DNA of 64,000 nt, from assembly GCA_902540805.1 (NCBI GenBank), contig CACBON010000006.1, positions 6,081-70,080 on the forward strand, in the 5' to 3' direction. Every line of letters starts with the position of its first letter. Position 1 is the stretch's first letter. A program made the position numbers and the translations under genes. Below the pieces are notes generated by a model. It was not told the DNA's origin and made no database searches. It was given only the letters and a program-made list of their open reading frames with translations. Positions 10,508 through 22,017 of this stretch are shown here, piece after piece. This stretch comes from an uncultured Alphaproteobacteria bacterium (GTDB taxonomy: Bacteria > Pseudomonadota > Alphaproteobacteria > Methylaequorales > Methylaequoraceae).

Positions 10508-11341
10508 TTATTTTCTAAATTTTGAAGCTTCATAAAAACCAAGTATTCTAAATTTAGATGAAAAACTTTTAAGAACTTTCAATGCTTTCTTAAAGCTTCC
10601 GTTGTCAGGATGCGATTCAACATCAATTATAAAGGAAAACTGTTTGAAATCTTTATTTACAAAAAAACTCTCTAATCTTGTGAGATTTATGCTATTTTCT
10701 GCAAAACCTCCCAAAGCTTTATATAAAGATGCTGGAATATTTTTCGTATTAAAAACAATAGATGTGATTACCTTTCGATCCATATTTATTTGTGGACTAC
10801 TCTTTGAAAAAACTAAAAATCTAGTTATGTTATCTCTTCTGTCTTGCAGATTTTTTTTTAGTATTCTTAGTTCATAAATTTCAGATGCTAGCATGGATGC
10901 AATTGCAGAAATATCTGAATCCTGACTATCTCTTACAAATTTTGCTGCCCCTGCCGTATCAATATAATTTACAGGTTCCAGTTTCAATTTCTCAATATTA
11001 GCTCTACACTGCGATAAAGCATGAGTATGACTGTATACTTTGTTAATATTTTTTAGTGAAACATTTTTTTTTGACATAAGATGATGTTCAACCTTGTGAT
11101 AATGTTCAGCAACTATTTTCAATTCAATTTTCTCCAACAAAAAATGCATATCAGCTACTCTTCCTGCAATATTGTTTTCAACTGGTATTAAAGCAAGATT
11201 CGCAAATCCTTTAGAAACTGCATCTAGAGTTTTCTGGAAAGTTTCACATGGTAAAGTTTTGTAAGTCCGATAAAATTTTCGACAAACTAAATCTGAATAA
11301 GCTCCGTCTATGCCCTGAAATGAAACTATTTTTTTTTTCAT
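10508..11341 (-). CDS. pheA: Prephenate dehydratase
   Basis: FQGIDGAYS, PVENNIAG, SHTHALSQC, NITRF, NLTRLES ACT domain. Confidence 0.95.
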   Translation of the reverse strand: MKKKIVSFQGIDGAYSDLVCRKFYRTYKTLPCETFQKTLDAVSKGFANLALIPVENNIAGRVADMHFLLEKIELKIVAEHYHKVEHHLMSKKNVSLKNINKVYSHTHALSQCRANIEKLKLEPVNYIDTAGAAKFVRDSQDSDISAIASMLASEIYELRILKKNLQDRRDNITRFLVFSKSSPQINMDRKVITSIVFNTKNIPASLYKALGGFAENSINLTRLESFFVNKDFKQFSFIIDVESHPDNGSFKKALKVLKSFSSKFRILGFYEASKFRK

Positions 11342-11353
11342 GATTAAGGCTGA

Positions 11354-12100
11354 TTAAAAATTATTTTTTTTAAAATGCAATCTTATTTTTTTCAAATCTT
11401 CTATTGTGTCAACACTCGGAGGGTTATGTTCAACTTTAACGAGTTTTATTTTGTAATTATTATCCATTGCGCGCATTTGCTCTAAATTCCTCTCTTTTTC
11501 TCGTTTAGATTGTAAAAGAGATACAAACTCTTTTAAAACATTGGGTTTATAAATATAAAGACCTATGTGATGATAAATATTTTTTTTACAATCTACTGTT
11601 CTCATAAAATCTAACGCAAAACCCTCGTCGTAGTCATCAAGAACAACTCTCGCTTTGACAACATTGTTGTCATTGATTTCTGAATCTTCCAAATCGCAAA
11701 CTGCCGAACCTATGTCAACGGAGTCATCTAAAAAAAGCTTGGTTGTTTTTTCTAATAAGTCTTTTTTAAAAATTGGTAAATCACCTTGAAGATTTATAAT
11801 CAAATCAAAATCTTCATTCAGAGTTTCGTAAACTTCGTAAACTCTGTCAGTACCACTCTTGTGGGAAGATTTAGTCATCATTGTTTCTAAATTATTTTTA
11901 TCACATTCATTGTAAATTTCGCGACTATCAGTTCCAACTATGACCCTTCCCATTTTTAAATTCTCTGCATTTTGTGCTACTCTGACAATCATTGGTAATC
12001 CACTAATATTCCTTAATAGCTTTTTTTTTAGTCTAGAAGAATCTATTCTTGCTGGGATGATGATAATTGGATTTAAGGTTTTTTTATTTTTGATGGTCAC
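11354..12100 (-). CDS. kdsB: 3-deoxy-manno-octulosonate cytidylyltransferase
   Basis: IIPARIDSSRL, SGTDR, NLQGD, HHIGLY, LEQMRA, VDT; GTG 12100 chosen as start to avoid overlap with cytochrome c. Confidence 0.93.
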   Translation of the reverse strand: MTIKNKKTLNPIIIIPARIDSSRLKKKLLRNISGLPMIVRVAQNAENLKMGRVIVGTDSREIYNECDKNNLETMMTKSSHKSGTDRVYEVYETLNEDFDLIINLQGDLPIFKKDLLEKTTKLFLDDSVDIGSAVCDLEDSEINDNNVVKARVVLDDYDEGFALDFMRTVDCKKNIYHHIGLYIYKPNVLKEFVSLLQSKREKERNLEQMRAMDNNYKIKLVKVEHNPPSVDTIEDLKKIRLHFKKNNF

Positions 12101-12144
12101 AATATTTGTTAATTTATATAATAATTTATAACTGCATAGTAAAA

Positions 12145-12645
12145 ATGAACAAATATTTTTTGCCTTTAATATCAATCTTTATTTTATTTCAAACTTTTCA
12201 CATTTTTGATGAAATATTTTTTAAGGAAAAAGATCAAAAAGATAAGGGATACATTATTATTAAAAGTACAGAACAAAAAAATGAGATTGAGACAGAGGAA
12301 ATAAAAGAAAAAGTTGATTTAGATTTATTATTACAAACAGCAAATATTGAAAAAGGCATTAAAATTTCCAGACAATGTTCGGCTTGTCATGATTTTAGTA
12401 AAGAATTAAAGATCAAAACCGGTCCGCCACTATGGGGAATTGTAGACAGAAAAGCTGCTATTATTTCTGATTTCTCATATTCAGAGGCTTTAACTAATTT
12501 TAAAAAGTTATGGACTGTTGAAGAACTTTTTTATTTTTTAGAGGATCCAAAAAAATATATTGAGGGTACTAAAATGATTTACAGTGGAATTAAAAAAATA
12601 GAAGATAGAATAAACTTAATTTCATATTTAAAATCTTTAAATTGA
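12145..12645 (+). CDS. Membrane-anchored class I cytochrome c (CycM/c552-like)
   Basis: N-terminal TM segment, CSACH haem motif, GPPLWGIV, GTKM axial Met. Confidence 0.92.
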   Translation: MNKYFLPLISIFILFQTFHIFDEIFFKEKDQKDKGYIIIKSTEQKNEIETEEIKEKVDLDLLLQTANIEKGIKISRQCSACHDFSKELKIKTGPPLWGIVDRKAAIISDFSYSEALTNFKKLWTVEELFYFLEDPKKYIEGTKMIYSGIKKIEDRINLISYLKSLN

Positions 12646-13424
12646 TGAATAAAGAAAACAGAGACTTGTCTAGATTTGCAAATTCATTTGCGGATATAAG
12701 CAATAAAATTTTAAAAAAAAAATTTTTAATGAAGCATGATATTGAAAAAAAAAAGGACGGATCTTTTGTAACTAATATTGATAAAGAAATTGAATTAGTT
12801 TTTAGAGAAAAATTAAATAAAGCCTACTCTTCACATAATGTTTTAGGAGAAGAGTTTGGATTTGATGACAAAAAAGGTGACTTTACTTGGGTGATTGATC
12901 CATTAGATGGCACTCATAATTTTATTGCTGGCAAACCGCTATTTGGCACCTTGATTTCATGTTTAAAAAAAAACATTCCGATTTTAGGAGTAATAGATAT
13001 TCCTATTTTAGATCAAAGATGGAGTGGAGGGAAAAAAATTGGTGTAAAACTAAACAATAAAAAATGTGATCCTTTTCGCAAAAAGAAAAAATATGAAAAT
13101 CTTATTGTATCATCAACCTCACTTTTAATGTTCAATGATAAGCAACAAAAAAGAATCAAAAACATTTATGGTAAAATTGGATTTCCTGTTTTCGGGAGCG
13201 ATTGTTATTCATACGGACTTTTATTATCTGGTAAAATTGATCAGGTGATCGAAGCTCAAATGAAACCATGGGATTTTTTAGCACAGGTAGCACTTATCAA
13301 TGAACATGGTGGAATAATTACCGACTGGAATGGCGACGAATTAAATCATAAATCAGATGGAAAAGTTATTGCATCAATTGAAAAGAATCACCATAAAAGA
13401 ACTTTAAAATATCTTAACCAATAA
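12642..13424 (+). CDS. hisN: Inositol monophosphatase-family histidinol-phosphatase
   Basis: GEE, WVIDPLDGT, PLFGTLI, DCYSY, PWD. Confidence 0.8.
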   Translation: MMNKENRDLSRFANSFADISNKILKKKFLMKHDIEKKKDGSFVTNIDKEIELVFREKLNKAYSSHNVLGEEFGFDDKKGDFTWVIDPLDGTHNFIAGKPLFGTLISCLKKNIPILGVIDIPILDQRWSGGKKIGVKLNNKKCDPFRKKKKYENLIVSSTSLLMFNDKQQKRIKNIYGKIGFPVFGSDCYSYGLLLSGKIDQVIEAQMKPWDFLAQVALINEHGGIITDWNGDELNHKSDGKVIASIEKNHHKRTLKYLNQ

Positions 13425-13435
13425 AAAGGCAAACC

Positions 13436-15355
13436 TTGAGAAAAGTTAGTAAGTTTTTATTTATTATTTTGGCATTTTGTTTTAACCATTCTTTTAGTTT
13501 AGAATATAAACATGGGATAGCCATGCATGGAGATCTAAAATATCCCAAAGATTTTAAAAAATTTGATTATGCAAGCGACAATGCCTTTCAAGGTGGCACT
13601 ATAAAACTCGCCTCTATAGGGACATTTGACAACCTGAACCCATACATATTAAAAGGTGTTGCAGCTTGGCAAACAACGTATCTATTTGAAACACTTATGA
13701 AGTCTTCATTTGATGAGCCTTTCAGCCAGTATGGCCTAATTGCTGAAAGTGTTAAAATCCCAGATAACAGATCCTGGATAATTTTTAAAATCAGAAAAAT
13801 AGCTAGATTTTCAAATGATGAAAAAATTAAACCTGAAGATGTAATATTTTCATTTAACACACTAATTTCCAAAGGTCATCCAATTTATAAGACTTATTAT
13901 GGTCAAGTAGATAAGGTTGAAAAAATTTCCGAAGACGAAGTAAAATTTTCCTTTAAAGGCGATCCTAACCCAGAGTTACCTTTAATTATTGGTTATCAAC
14001 TTCCAATTTTCTCAAAAAAATACTGGGAGGGAAAAGATTTTGATAAAACTACTCTTAACCCACCCCTCGGTAGTGGCCCATATTTAGTCTCAGATCTAAA
14101 GCCTGGTAGAAGTTTAACGTTGCAAAAGAATCCAAATTACTGGGGAAAAAATATTAATGTTAACATAGGACGATTCAATTTTGATACGATTCACACTGAC
14201 TTTTATAGAGACGAAACCGTGGCTTTAGAAGCGTTCAAATCTGGAGCATATGATTTTAAACAAGAGAATTCTTCAAAAAATTGGGCAACAGCCTACAAAT
14301 TTGAAGCAGTAAAGGAAGGAAGGGTCAAAGTTGAAGAAATAAAATATTTTAGACCTAGTGGTATGCAGGGTTTTGCGTTCAACATGAGAAAATCAATATT
14401 CCAAAATAGGAATGTTAGAAAAGCCCTTGGTTATGCATTTGACTTCGAGTGGTCCAATAGAAATTTATTTTACAATGCCTATACTAGAACTAAAAGTTTC
14501 TTTGACAACTCTGATCTCTCTTCACAGAGTTTACCGAGTAAAGAAGAATTAGTTATTCTAGAAAACTACAGAGGAAAGATTCCTGATGAAATTTTTACTA
14601 CTGTATTTTCGCCGCCCAGTACCGATGAAGAAAATGGGTTAAGAAATAATTTAAGGATGGCACGAAGATTATTAAAACAAGAGGGATGGGTTATAAAAGA
14701 CGATTTACTTACAAAGGAAGAAACTGGTGAGATTTTCAAATTTGAAATTCTTTTAAGATCACCCCTATTTGAAAGAATTGTTCTTCCGATGAAAAGAAAT
14801 TTAAAAAAATTAGGTATTGAGGTTTCAATAAGGACTGTTCAAGACGATTCTCAGTACATAAGAAGACTCGAAGATTTTGATTATGATATGATCGTTGTAA
14901 ATTATGGATCTATAATATCTCCAGGAAACGAACAAAAAAATTATTGGGGGTCTTCTACAGCTGACCAACAAGGCAGTCCAAATTACATGGGAGTAAAAAA
15001 TCCTGTACTCGATGAAATTATTGATAAACTGATAAGTGCAAAATCGAGGAAAGAGTTGGTTACTTATACCAAGGTTCTCGACAGAATTTTATTATTCAAT
15101 TACTACCTAATCCCTCAATTCCACATTGGTCATTACAGAGTGGCATATTGGAATAAAATATCCAGACCATCTATTTCTCCAAAATATGACTTAGGTTTTG
15201 ATTTCTGGTGGTTTGATCCTAAAAAAGCTCAAAATTTGCCTAACAAAAGTCTCTCAAGAAACAAAAAGAATAAAGACACGAATAATTTAATTTATTTTTT
15301 TCTTTTTATTTTTTTATTATTCATCTTATGGAGAATCAGAAGAAGAGCTAGCTGA
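13436..15355 (+). CDS. yejA: YejA-type peptide ABC transporter substrate-binding protein with an extra C-terminal TM anchor
   Basis: Signal peptide, [33 protein letters not shown]; followed by yejBEF. Confidence 0.9.
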   Translation: MRKVSKFLFIILAFCFNHSFSLEYKHGIAMHGDLKYPKDFKKFDYASDNAFQGGTIKLASIGTFDNLNPYILKGVAAWQTTYLFETLMKSSFDEPFSQYGLIAESVKIPDNRSWIIFKIRKIARFSNDEKIKPEDVIFSFNTLISKGHPIYKTYYGQVDKVEKISEDEVKFSFKGDPNPELPLIIGYQLPIFSKKYWEGKDFDKTTLNPPLGSGPYLVSDLKPGRSLTLQKNPNYWGKNINVNIGRFNFDTIHTDFYRDETVALEAFKSGAYDFKQENSSKNWATAYKFEAVKEGRVKVEEIKYFRPSGMQGFAFNMRKSIFQNRNVRKALGYAFDFEWSNRNLFYNAYTRTKSFFDNSDLSSQSLPSKEELVILENYRGKIPDEIFTTVFSPPSTDEENGLRNNLRMARRLLKQEGWVIKDDLLTKEETGEIFKFEILLRSPLFERIVLPMKRNLKKLGIEVSIRTVQDDSQYIRRLEDFDYDMIVVNYGSIISPGNEQKNYWGSSTADQQGSPNYMGVKNPVLDEIIDKLISAKSRKELVTYTKVLDRILLFNYYLIPQFHIGHYRVAYWNKISRPSISPKYDLGFDFWWFDPKKAQNLPNKSLSRNKKNKDTNNLIYFFLFIFLLFILWRIRRRAS

Positions 15356-16461
15356 TGTTAAATTATATTATTAAAAGACTTTTTCTAATTATTCCAACAT
15401 TATTTGGGATATTAGCAGTAAATTTTATTATTATTCAAGCTGCTCCAGGTGGTCCAGTAGAGAAAGCTATTGCCCAAATTAAAGGTACCGAGGTTTCAGT
15501 TACAGAGAGATTTACCTCATCTGGCGGTGAACAATTATCAAGCAGTCAAACAAGAAACAATTTTAGTTCTACTGAGAATAAATATAGAGGGTCACAAGGA
15601 ATTGATCCCGACTTAATTAAAGAACTTGAAAAACAATACGGCTTTGACAAGCCACCTCTTCAAAGATTTTTAGAAATGCTAAAAAATTATTTGGTTTTTG
15701 ATTTTGGAGAAAGTTTTTATAAAGATAAATCTGTTATATCGTTGATTTTAGAGAAGTTGCCAGTCTCAATTTCATTAGGCTTGTGGACCACTTTATTTGT
15801 ATATTTGATTTCTATTCCGCTTGGAATTAAGAAGGCTGTGAAAGACGGCTCAAAATTTGATGTTTATTCTTCCTCTTTAATTATAGTTGGTTATGCAATT
15901 CCAGGTTTTTTATTTGCCATTTTCCTAATTGTTATCTTCGCTGGTGGAAGTTATTTAGATATTTTTCCATTAAGAGGATTGGTCTCAGATGATTGGGAAG
16001 AACTTTCAGTTGTTGAAAAAATTGTTGACTATTTTTGGCACCTTACACTTCCTGTGTTAGCAATGGTAATAGGAGGATTTGCAAGTCTTACAATGTTAAC
16101 AAAGAACTCTTTTTTGGATGAAATCAACAAGCAGTACGTTCTGACAGCTAGAGCAAAAGGTGTTGGTGAAAAGAAAGTTCTATATGGACATATTTTTAGA
16201 AATGCAATGCTAATTGTCATTTCTGGGTTTCCTGCTGCTTTTATAAATATTTTATTCACATCGTCTTTATTGATCGAAGTAATTTTTTCCTTGGATGGAC
16301 TGGGTCTTTTAGGTTTTGAAGCTGCATTGGGTCGAGATTATCCTGTTGTTTTTGGAAGCTTATATATTTTTACTTTAATTGGTTTACTTCTAAGACTAAT
16401 TAGCGATTTAACATATGTTCTCATTGACCCACGAATTGACTTCGAAAGGAGAAGTGAGTAA
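15355..16461 (+). CDS. yejB: Peptide ABC transporter permease YejB
   Basis: [36 protein letters not shown]. Confidence 0.93.
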   Translation: MLNYIIKRLFLIIPTLFGILAVNFIIIQAAPGGPVEKAIAQIKGTEVSVTERFTSSGGEQLSSSQTRNNFSSTENKYRGSQGIDPDLIKELEKQYGFDKPPLQRFLEMLKNYLVFDFGESFYKDKSVISLILEKLPVSISLGLWTTLFVYLISIPLGIKKAVKDGSKFDVYSSSLIIVGYAIPGFLFAIFLIVIFAGGSYLDIFPLRGLVSDDWEELSVVEKIVDYFWHLTLPVLAMVIGGFASLTMLTKNSFLDEINKQYVLTARAKGVGEKKVLYGHIFRNAMLIVISGFPAAFINILFTSSLLIEVIFSLDGLGLLGFEAALGRDYPVVFGSLYIFTLIGLLLRLISDLTYVLIDPRIDFERRSE

Positions 16462-17483
16462 TGACCTTCTCACCTTTAACAATAAGAAGACTTAAAAACT
16501 TTAGAAGTAATAAAAGAGGTTATTATTCAACTTTAATTTTTTGCGTATTATTTTTTATCTCTATTTTTGCTGAATTTATTGCAAATGATAAACCCATCTT
16601 CGTTTTTTTTGAACAGAAAATTCATTTTCCTGTTTTTGAAAAAATTTCTGAAACCTTTTATGGAGGTGAATTTGAAACAGAGGCTGATTATAAAGATCCA
16701 TATGTAAGAGATTTAATAAATAAAAAAGGATTTTTCATTATGCCTCCCATTGAATACTCATACGATACAATCAACTATGATTTGAGGGTTCCATCACCCT
16801 CTCCACCAACCTTAGAAAATTTACTTGGAACTGATGATCAGGGAAGAGACGTTTTAGCAAGACTCATTTATGGTTTTAGAATTTCCGTTTTCTTTGGTTT
16901 GACACTTACTATCCTGTCAAGCATTATTGGAATACTCGCTGGCGGGGTACAGGGTTTTTATGGTGGAAGAATTGATTTATTTGGACAAAGATTTATCGAG
17001 ATTTGGTCTGGATTACCAGTTTTATATTTGCTCATAATAATTTCAAGTTTTATCGAGCCTAGTTTCTGGATTCTATTATTTATTATGCTTTTGTTTAGTT
17101 GGATGTCACTTGAAGGAGTTGTTAGAGCAGAATTTTTAAGAGCAAGAAACTTTGAGTACGTCAAAGCAGCAAAAGCACTAGGCGTAAAAAATATGAAGCT
17201 TATGTTTAAACATGTTCTTCCTAATGCAATGGTTGCAACGCTAACTTTGATGCCCTTTATTCTTTCAGGTTCTATTGCCACACTAACCTCGCTAGATTTC
17301 TTGGGTTTTGGTTTGCCACCTGGATCACCGTCATTGGGAGAAATGGTTTCTCAAGGAAAAGCTAATTTGCAAGCTCCATGGCTTGGTCTTTCTGCATTTA
17401 TAACTCTGTCACTTCAATTAAGTTTACTAGTTTTTATTGGGGAAGCTGTTAGAGATGCTTTTGACCCTAGGAAGGTAATTTAA
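16461..17483 (+). CDS. yejE: Peptide ABC transporter permease YejE
   Basis: AEFIANDKP, LGTDDQGRDV, VRAEFLRAR, GEAVRDAFDP. Confidence 0.93.
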   Translation: MTFSPLTIRRLKNFRSNKRGYYSTLIFCVLFFISIFAEFIANDKPIFVFFEQKIHFPVFEKISETFYGGEFETEADYKDPYVRDLINKKGFFIMPPIEYSYDTINYDLRVPSPSPPTLENLLGTDDQGRDVLARLIYGFRISVFFGLTLTILSSIIGILAGGVQGFYGGRIDLFGQRFIEIWSGLPVLYLLIIISSFIEPSFWILLFIMLLFSWMSLEGVVRAEFLRARNFEYVKAAKALGVKNMKLMFKHVLPNAMVATLTLMPFILSGSIATLTSLDFLGFGLPPGSPSLGEMVSQGKANLQAPWLGLSAFITLSLQLSLLVFIGEAVRDAFDPRKVI

Positions 17484-19064
17484 ATGAAATCTTTACTTGA
17501 GGTAAATAATCTAAACTTAACTTTTGAATTCAATAATCAAGTTGTAAATGCTGTTAAAAAAAGTAGTTTTAAAATTAAAAAGGGAGAGTGTCTTGCAATT
17601 GTTGGTGAAAGTGGTTCTGGTAAATCAGTTACAGCTTTAACCATAATGAGATTAATAAGGTCAAATTCAAATCTTAAAATTTCAGGAAATGTAATCTATG
17701 AAAACGAAGATCTGCTTAAATTAGATGAATCTAAACTTATAAAAATTAGAGGAAAAAAAATTTCTATGATTTTTCAAGAACCAATGACATCACTTAATCC
17801 ACTACATAACATTCAAAAGCAAATTACTGAATGTTTTGAAATAAGTGAGAAGTCGAATAAATCAAAATGCACCAATTTGTTAAAAGAAGTTGGTATTGAA
17901 AATCCAGAACAAAGACTTTCTCATTATCCACATCAATTGTCTGGAGGACAAAGACAAAGAGTTATGATTGCAATGGCAATAGCTAATAACCCTGACTTAT
18001 TAATTGCTGATGAACCTACAACTGCTCTTGACGTTACGATACAAAAACAAATTTTGGATCTATTAGATAAATTAAGAAAGAGATATAACATGTCACTTTT
18101 GCTAATCACTCACGACTTAGGAATTGTTAAAGATATCTCTGACAGGGTTTGCGTTATGAAACAAGGAGAAATTGTTGAACAGAACAACACTAACAAAGTG
18201 TTTAATCAACCTAATCATAGTTATACAAAAAAACTTATTAACTCAAAACCAAGAGAGAAAAAATTTCAAAACAAAAAGAGTGAAGTTATTTTGTCTGTGA
18301 AAAATCTCAGTGTTTTCTACAAAAATAAAAATAGTTTTTTTTTCAAAAAAAAAGATGATTATTTTCAAGCTGTAAAAAATTTAAGTTTTCAAATCATAAA
18401 AGGAGAAACTTTAGGAATTGTTGGTGAAAGTGGATCAGGAAAAAGCTCTATTGCACAAGCTCTAATAAAACTAGTATCTTCAGAAGGAAATGTTTTCTTT
18501 AAAAATAAAAATATTTCAGATTTAAATGAAGAAAAATTTAGACCTTTTCGAAAAAACATTCAAATAATTTTTCAGGATCCATTCGCGTCTTTAAGTCCAA
18601 GGTTAACAATTCAAGATATAATTAGCGAGGGTTTGGAAGTTCATTATAAAGAAAAATCAAAAAAAGAAATCATAGATTTAACTAAACAAATAATTATTGA
18701 TGTTGGACTTGATTATTCAATGCTTTCAAGATACCCACATGAGTTTTCTGGAGGGCAGAGGCAAAGAATTGCGATTGCAAGGGCTCTTATTCTCAATCCA
18801 GAATTAATAATTCTTGACGAACCTACCAGTGCTCTAGATATGACTGTTCAATCGCAAATTGTAGATTTACTTTTGAATCTTCAGGAAAAGAAAAATCTAA
18901 CCTACATATTCATTAGTCACGACTTAAAAATTATTAAAGCATTGTCTGATAAAATCATGGTAATGAAATCTGGAAATATTGTAGAATTTGAAGAGAAAAA
19001 GAAAATTTTTTCTAGACCTAAAGATCAATATACTAAGCGTCTACTAAATTCTGCATATTTTTAA
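17484..19064 (+). CDS. yejF: Peptide ABC transporter tandem ATP-binding protein YejF
   Basis: Two GESGSGKS Walker A motifs, two SGGQRQR signatures. Confidence 0.92.
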   Translation: MKSLLEVNNLNLTFEFNNQVVNAVKKSSFKIKKGECLAIVGESGSGKSVTALTIMRLIRSNSNLKISGNVIYENEDLLKLDESKLIKIRGKKISMIFQEPMTSLNPLHNIQKQITECFEISEKSNKSKCTNLLKEVGIENPEQRLSHYPHQLSGGQRQRVMIAMAIANNPDLLIADEPTTALDVTIQKQILDLLDKLRKRYNMSLLLITHDLGIVKDISDRVCVMKQGEIVEQNNTNKVFNQPNHSYTKKLINSKPREKKFQNKKSEVILSVKNLSVFYKNKNSFFFKKKDDYFQAVKNLSFQIIKGETLGIVGESGSGKSSIAQALIKLVSSEGNVFFKNKNISDLNEEKFRPFRKNIQIIFQDPFASLSPRLTIQDIISEGLEVHYKEKSKKEIIDLTKQIIIDVGLDYSMLSRYPHEFSGGQRQRIAIARALILNPELIILDEPTSALDMTVQSQIVDLLLNLQEKKNLTYIFISHDLKIIKALSDKIMVMKSGNIVEFEEKKKIFSRPKDQYTKRLLNSAYF

Positions 19065-20407
19065 AAACTTTTAAAAAAATCTAAAAGTGCTCTTATACCC
19101 ATAGCTTCACCACCCTCATATGAACTATATTTATTGGCTCTTGTCCAAGCCATAAGATCAATATGAATCCAAGGAGTGTTCTTAACAAATTTTTGTAAAA
19201 ATAAAGCTGCTGTGATAGCCCCTCCAAACACACTATTTCCAATGTTCTTAAAATCTGCATGTTCAGAATTTAGTTGATTAGAATAATTATCCCATAAAGG
19301 AAGTTGCCAAAGAGGATCTCCAGTTCTCTTCGATGAATCAATTAATTTCATAGCTAGATCATCATCATTACAAAAAAAACTCGGTACTTCTATTCCCATA
19401 GCAACTCTTGATGCACCAGTCAATGTTGCCATATCAACTATTAAATCAGGCTTACTTTCAGATGCATAAGTAATGGCATCAGCAAGTATTAGTCTACCTT
19501 CCGCATCCGTATCACCAATTTCGACAAAACTTCCTTCTCTACTCTTAACAATATCTGACGGTCTCATCGATTTTTTTGATATTGAGTTTTCAACTAAGCA
19601 TAACAATAAATGTAAATCTACTTGAATTCCAACATCACTGAACAACTTTGCAAGACCAATACAATTAGCTGCACCCCCCATATCCTTTTTCATCAAAGAC
19701 ATACCAGTCCCTGTTTTGATATTTAAACCACCCGTATCAAAGGAGACTCCTTTTCCAATAAGAACAATTTTTTTCTTATATTTTGTTTTGGACTTAAATT
19801 CGCAAAAAATTGGTTGTCTGTTTGCGCTTGCACCAATACCAACGGCCGAAATCAGAGGGAAATTATTTTCTAAACTCTTTCCCGATTTCAAATTAACCAT
19901 ATCAAATTTTTTCAGATACTTTTTAGCTGAATTATAAATTTCCTTAGGACCTAATATATTTGCTGGTGTATTTATTAAATCTCTTACATAAAAATATGAT
20001 TCACTAATTGATTTGATTTCTGACGATGATTCAAAATGAATCTTTGCATTTTTTTTTTTTGTTTTCTTTTTAGACTTAAATTTATCGAAAGAATATTCAG
20101 CTAGGTGCCATCCGATAAAAAAAATTTTTATATCTGTTTTCTTACAACCAAAATACTCAATAAAAAAGTTTCCAGATTTTACAAATTTTCTAATCGCCAA
20201 TCCAATTAACAATAATCTGTGATTTTTTTGAAGTGTGTTAAGATTTGATATTTTTTTCAAATTTATTAATATCGCCTCTTCAGTCTTTAAAACTGAATAA
20301 GAATCAAATTCTTCAAAACTTGTGTCTTTAAATTTTTTAGGAACCTGATCATCAGAAAAAAAAATAGAAATTGAAGTTTTTTTAAATTGTTTTCTTTTAC
20401 TTGTCAT
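19061..20407 (-). CDS. M17 family leucyl aminopeptidase (PepB-like)
   Basis: GKGVSFDTGG, MKKDMGGAA, DTDAEGRL, DMATLTGA. Confidence 0.93.
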   Translation of the reverse strand: MTSKRKQFKKTSISIFFSDDQVPKKFKDTSFEEFDSYSVLKTEEAILINLKKISNLNTLQKNHRLLLIGLAIRKFVKSGNFFIEYFGCKKTDIKIFFIGWHLAEYSFDKFKSKKKTKKKNAKIHFESSSEIKSISESYFYVRDLINTPANILGPKEIYNSAKKYLKKFDMVNLKSGKSLENNFPLISAVGIGASANRQPIFCEFKSKTKYKKKIVLIGKGVSFDTGGLNIKTGTGMSLMKKDMGGAANCIGLAKLFSDVGIQVDLHLLLCLVENSISKKSMRPSDIVKSREGSFVEIGDTDAEGRLILADAITYASESKPDLIVDMATLTGASRVAMGIEVPSFFCNDDDLAMKLIDSSKRTGDPLWQLPLWDNYSNQLNSEHADFKNIGNSVFGGAITAALFLQKFVKNTPWIHIDLMAWTRANKYSSYEGGEAMGIRALLDFFKSF

Positions 20408-20460
20408 TATTTTCTATGGAATATATATTTGTTGTTTTTAAGTAATGAAAAAGGGGATAC

Positions 20461-21876
20461 ATGAACATTTTATTTAAACTTAGCATTTTTTTATTAACAT
20501 TTCTTCCATTTAATTTTCTTCCTGAGCTTTGTTTTGCAGCAAGTGCATCTGACGGACCAACCTCACTAAACATGATTTTTAGTCCGGTTGGTATTTTTTG
20601 CATACTAATTTTTATCATTGCTTATGGATTTGTAATGGCGGAAGAATTTACTCACTTCAGAAAATCCAAACCAGTAATTTTAGCTGCCACTATCATTTGG
20701 GTTGTTATTGCATACGTAGCTTCGCAAGATCCTTCTATCTCCCCAAAATGGGCTGAAACGCAATTTAGACATGTGGTTCTAGAATTTGCAGAACTATTCT
20801 TTTTCCTTTTCGTTGCAATGGCTTATGTAAACTCCTTAACTGAAAGAAGAATGTTTGACGCACTATGTTCATGGTTATCAAATAATAATTTTAGCTATAA
20901 AAAGATCTTTTTAATTTCAGGAGTTATTGCTTTTTTTCTATCTCCTATTGCTGATAATTTAACTACTGCGCTAATTCTAGGAACAGTTGTAATGGTGGCT
21001 GGAAGAGGTAATAAAGCCTTTATAGTTCCTGGGCTTATAAACATTGTTGTTGCTGCAAATGCAGGTGGAGCATTTTCACCCTTTGGTGATATTACAACCT
21101 TGATGGTATGGCAACGTGGATTTGTTTCATTCTTTGATTTCTTTAATATTTTTGTTCCATCAGTTGTTAATTACGTTGTTCCAGCTGCTATAATGTATTT
21201 TGCAATACCTGATGAAGTTCCAAAGGGTGATGGAAAAAAAGTACAAATACTTCCAGGAGGCCATGTTATTGCTTTCTTAGGAATTTTAACAATTACTCTA
21301 ACTGTAACCGGGCACAATGTTCTTCATATGCCGCCAATCCTTGGCATGATGTTTGGATTAGGAATGTTAGGAACATATGGTTATTTTCTTAAAATAAAAA
21401 GTCCTGACAAAAACAAATTTGATATTTTTGTTATAACAGGAAGAGCTGAGTGGGATACCCTATTATTCTTCTATGGAATATTAGTAGCAGTTGGGGGGCT
21501 CGCGTCTCTTGGTTATTTACAATTAATCTCTGGACCCATGTATGAAACGCTCGGTCCCACTAATGCTAATATTTTGGTAGGTATTCTTTCAGCTATAATT
21601 GATAATATTCCTATTGTGTATGCTGTATTAACTGCTCATCCTGAAATGGATATGGGGCAATGGTTGTTAATTACCTTGACTGCAGGGACTGGTGGGTCGT
21701 TATTGTCGATTGGTTCTGCAGCAGGAGTTGCTTTAATGGGTCAAGCCAGAGGAGTATACACCTTCTTTGCACATTTAAAATGGGCATGGGCTATCTTACT
21801 TGGATATGCTGCTTGTATCGTTGTTCATCTTTTGATGAATAAACATCTATTTGATTTGATACCATTAGAAAGATAA
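20461..21876 (+). CDS. nhaD: NhaD-type Na+/H+ antiporter (ion transporter superfamily)
   Basis: EEFTHFRKSKP, SPIADNLTTAL, AANAGGAFSPFGDITT, SAIIDNIP, GGSLLSIGSAAGVA; N-terminal signal-like segment. Confidence 0.9.
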   Translation: MNILFKLSIFLLTFLPFNFLPELCFAASASDGPTSLNMIFSPVGIFCILIFIIAYGFVMAEEFTHFRKSKPVILAATIIWVVIAYVASQDPSISPKWAETQFRHVVLEFAELFFFLFVAMAYVNSLTERRMFDALCSWLSNNNFSYKKIFLISGVIAFFLSPIADNLTTALILGTVVMVAGRGNKAFIVPGLINIVVAANAGGAFSPFGDITTLMVWQRGFVSFFDFFNIFVPSVVNYVVPAAIMYFAIPDEVPKGDGKKVQILPGGHVIAFLGILTITLTVTGHNVLHMPPILGMMFGLGMLGTYGYFLKIKSPDKNKFDIFVITGRAEWDTLLFFYGILVAVGGLASLGYLQLISGPMYETLGPTNANILVGILSAIIDNIPIVYAVLTAHPEMDMGQWLLITLTAGTGGSLLSIGSAAGVALMGQARGVYTFFAHLKWAWAILLGYAACIVVHLLMNKHLFDLIPLER

Positions 21877-22017
21877 TTGTAATTGATAAAGGTGAAAAGT
21901 TTTTTTTATTATTTGCTACTAAAAAAGTAAAGGTCTGACTGGTATCAGTTATTAACTTGAAGCAGGAAAACTTTTTCGAGATTTGAAATAATTTTTGTTG
22001 TAACAGAAATTGAAATG

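Noticed and set aside
20397-20618. 73-aa minus-strand ORF upstream of the peptidase gene
   Set aside because: Mostly antisense to the nhaD N-terminus and has no recognisable features
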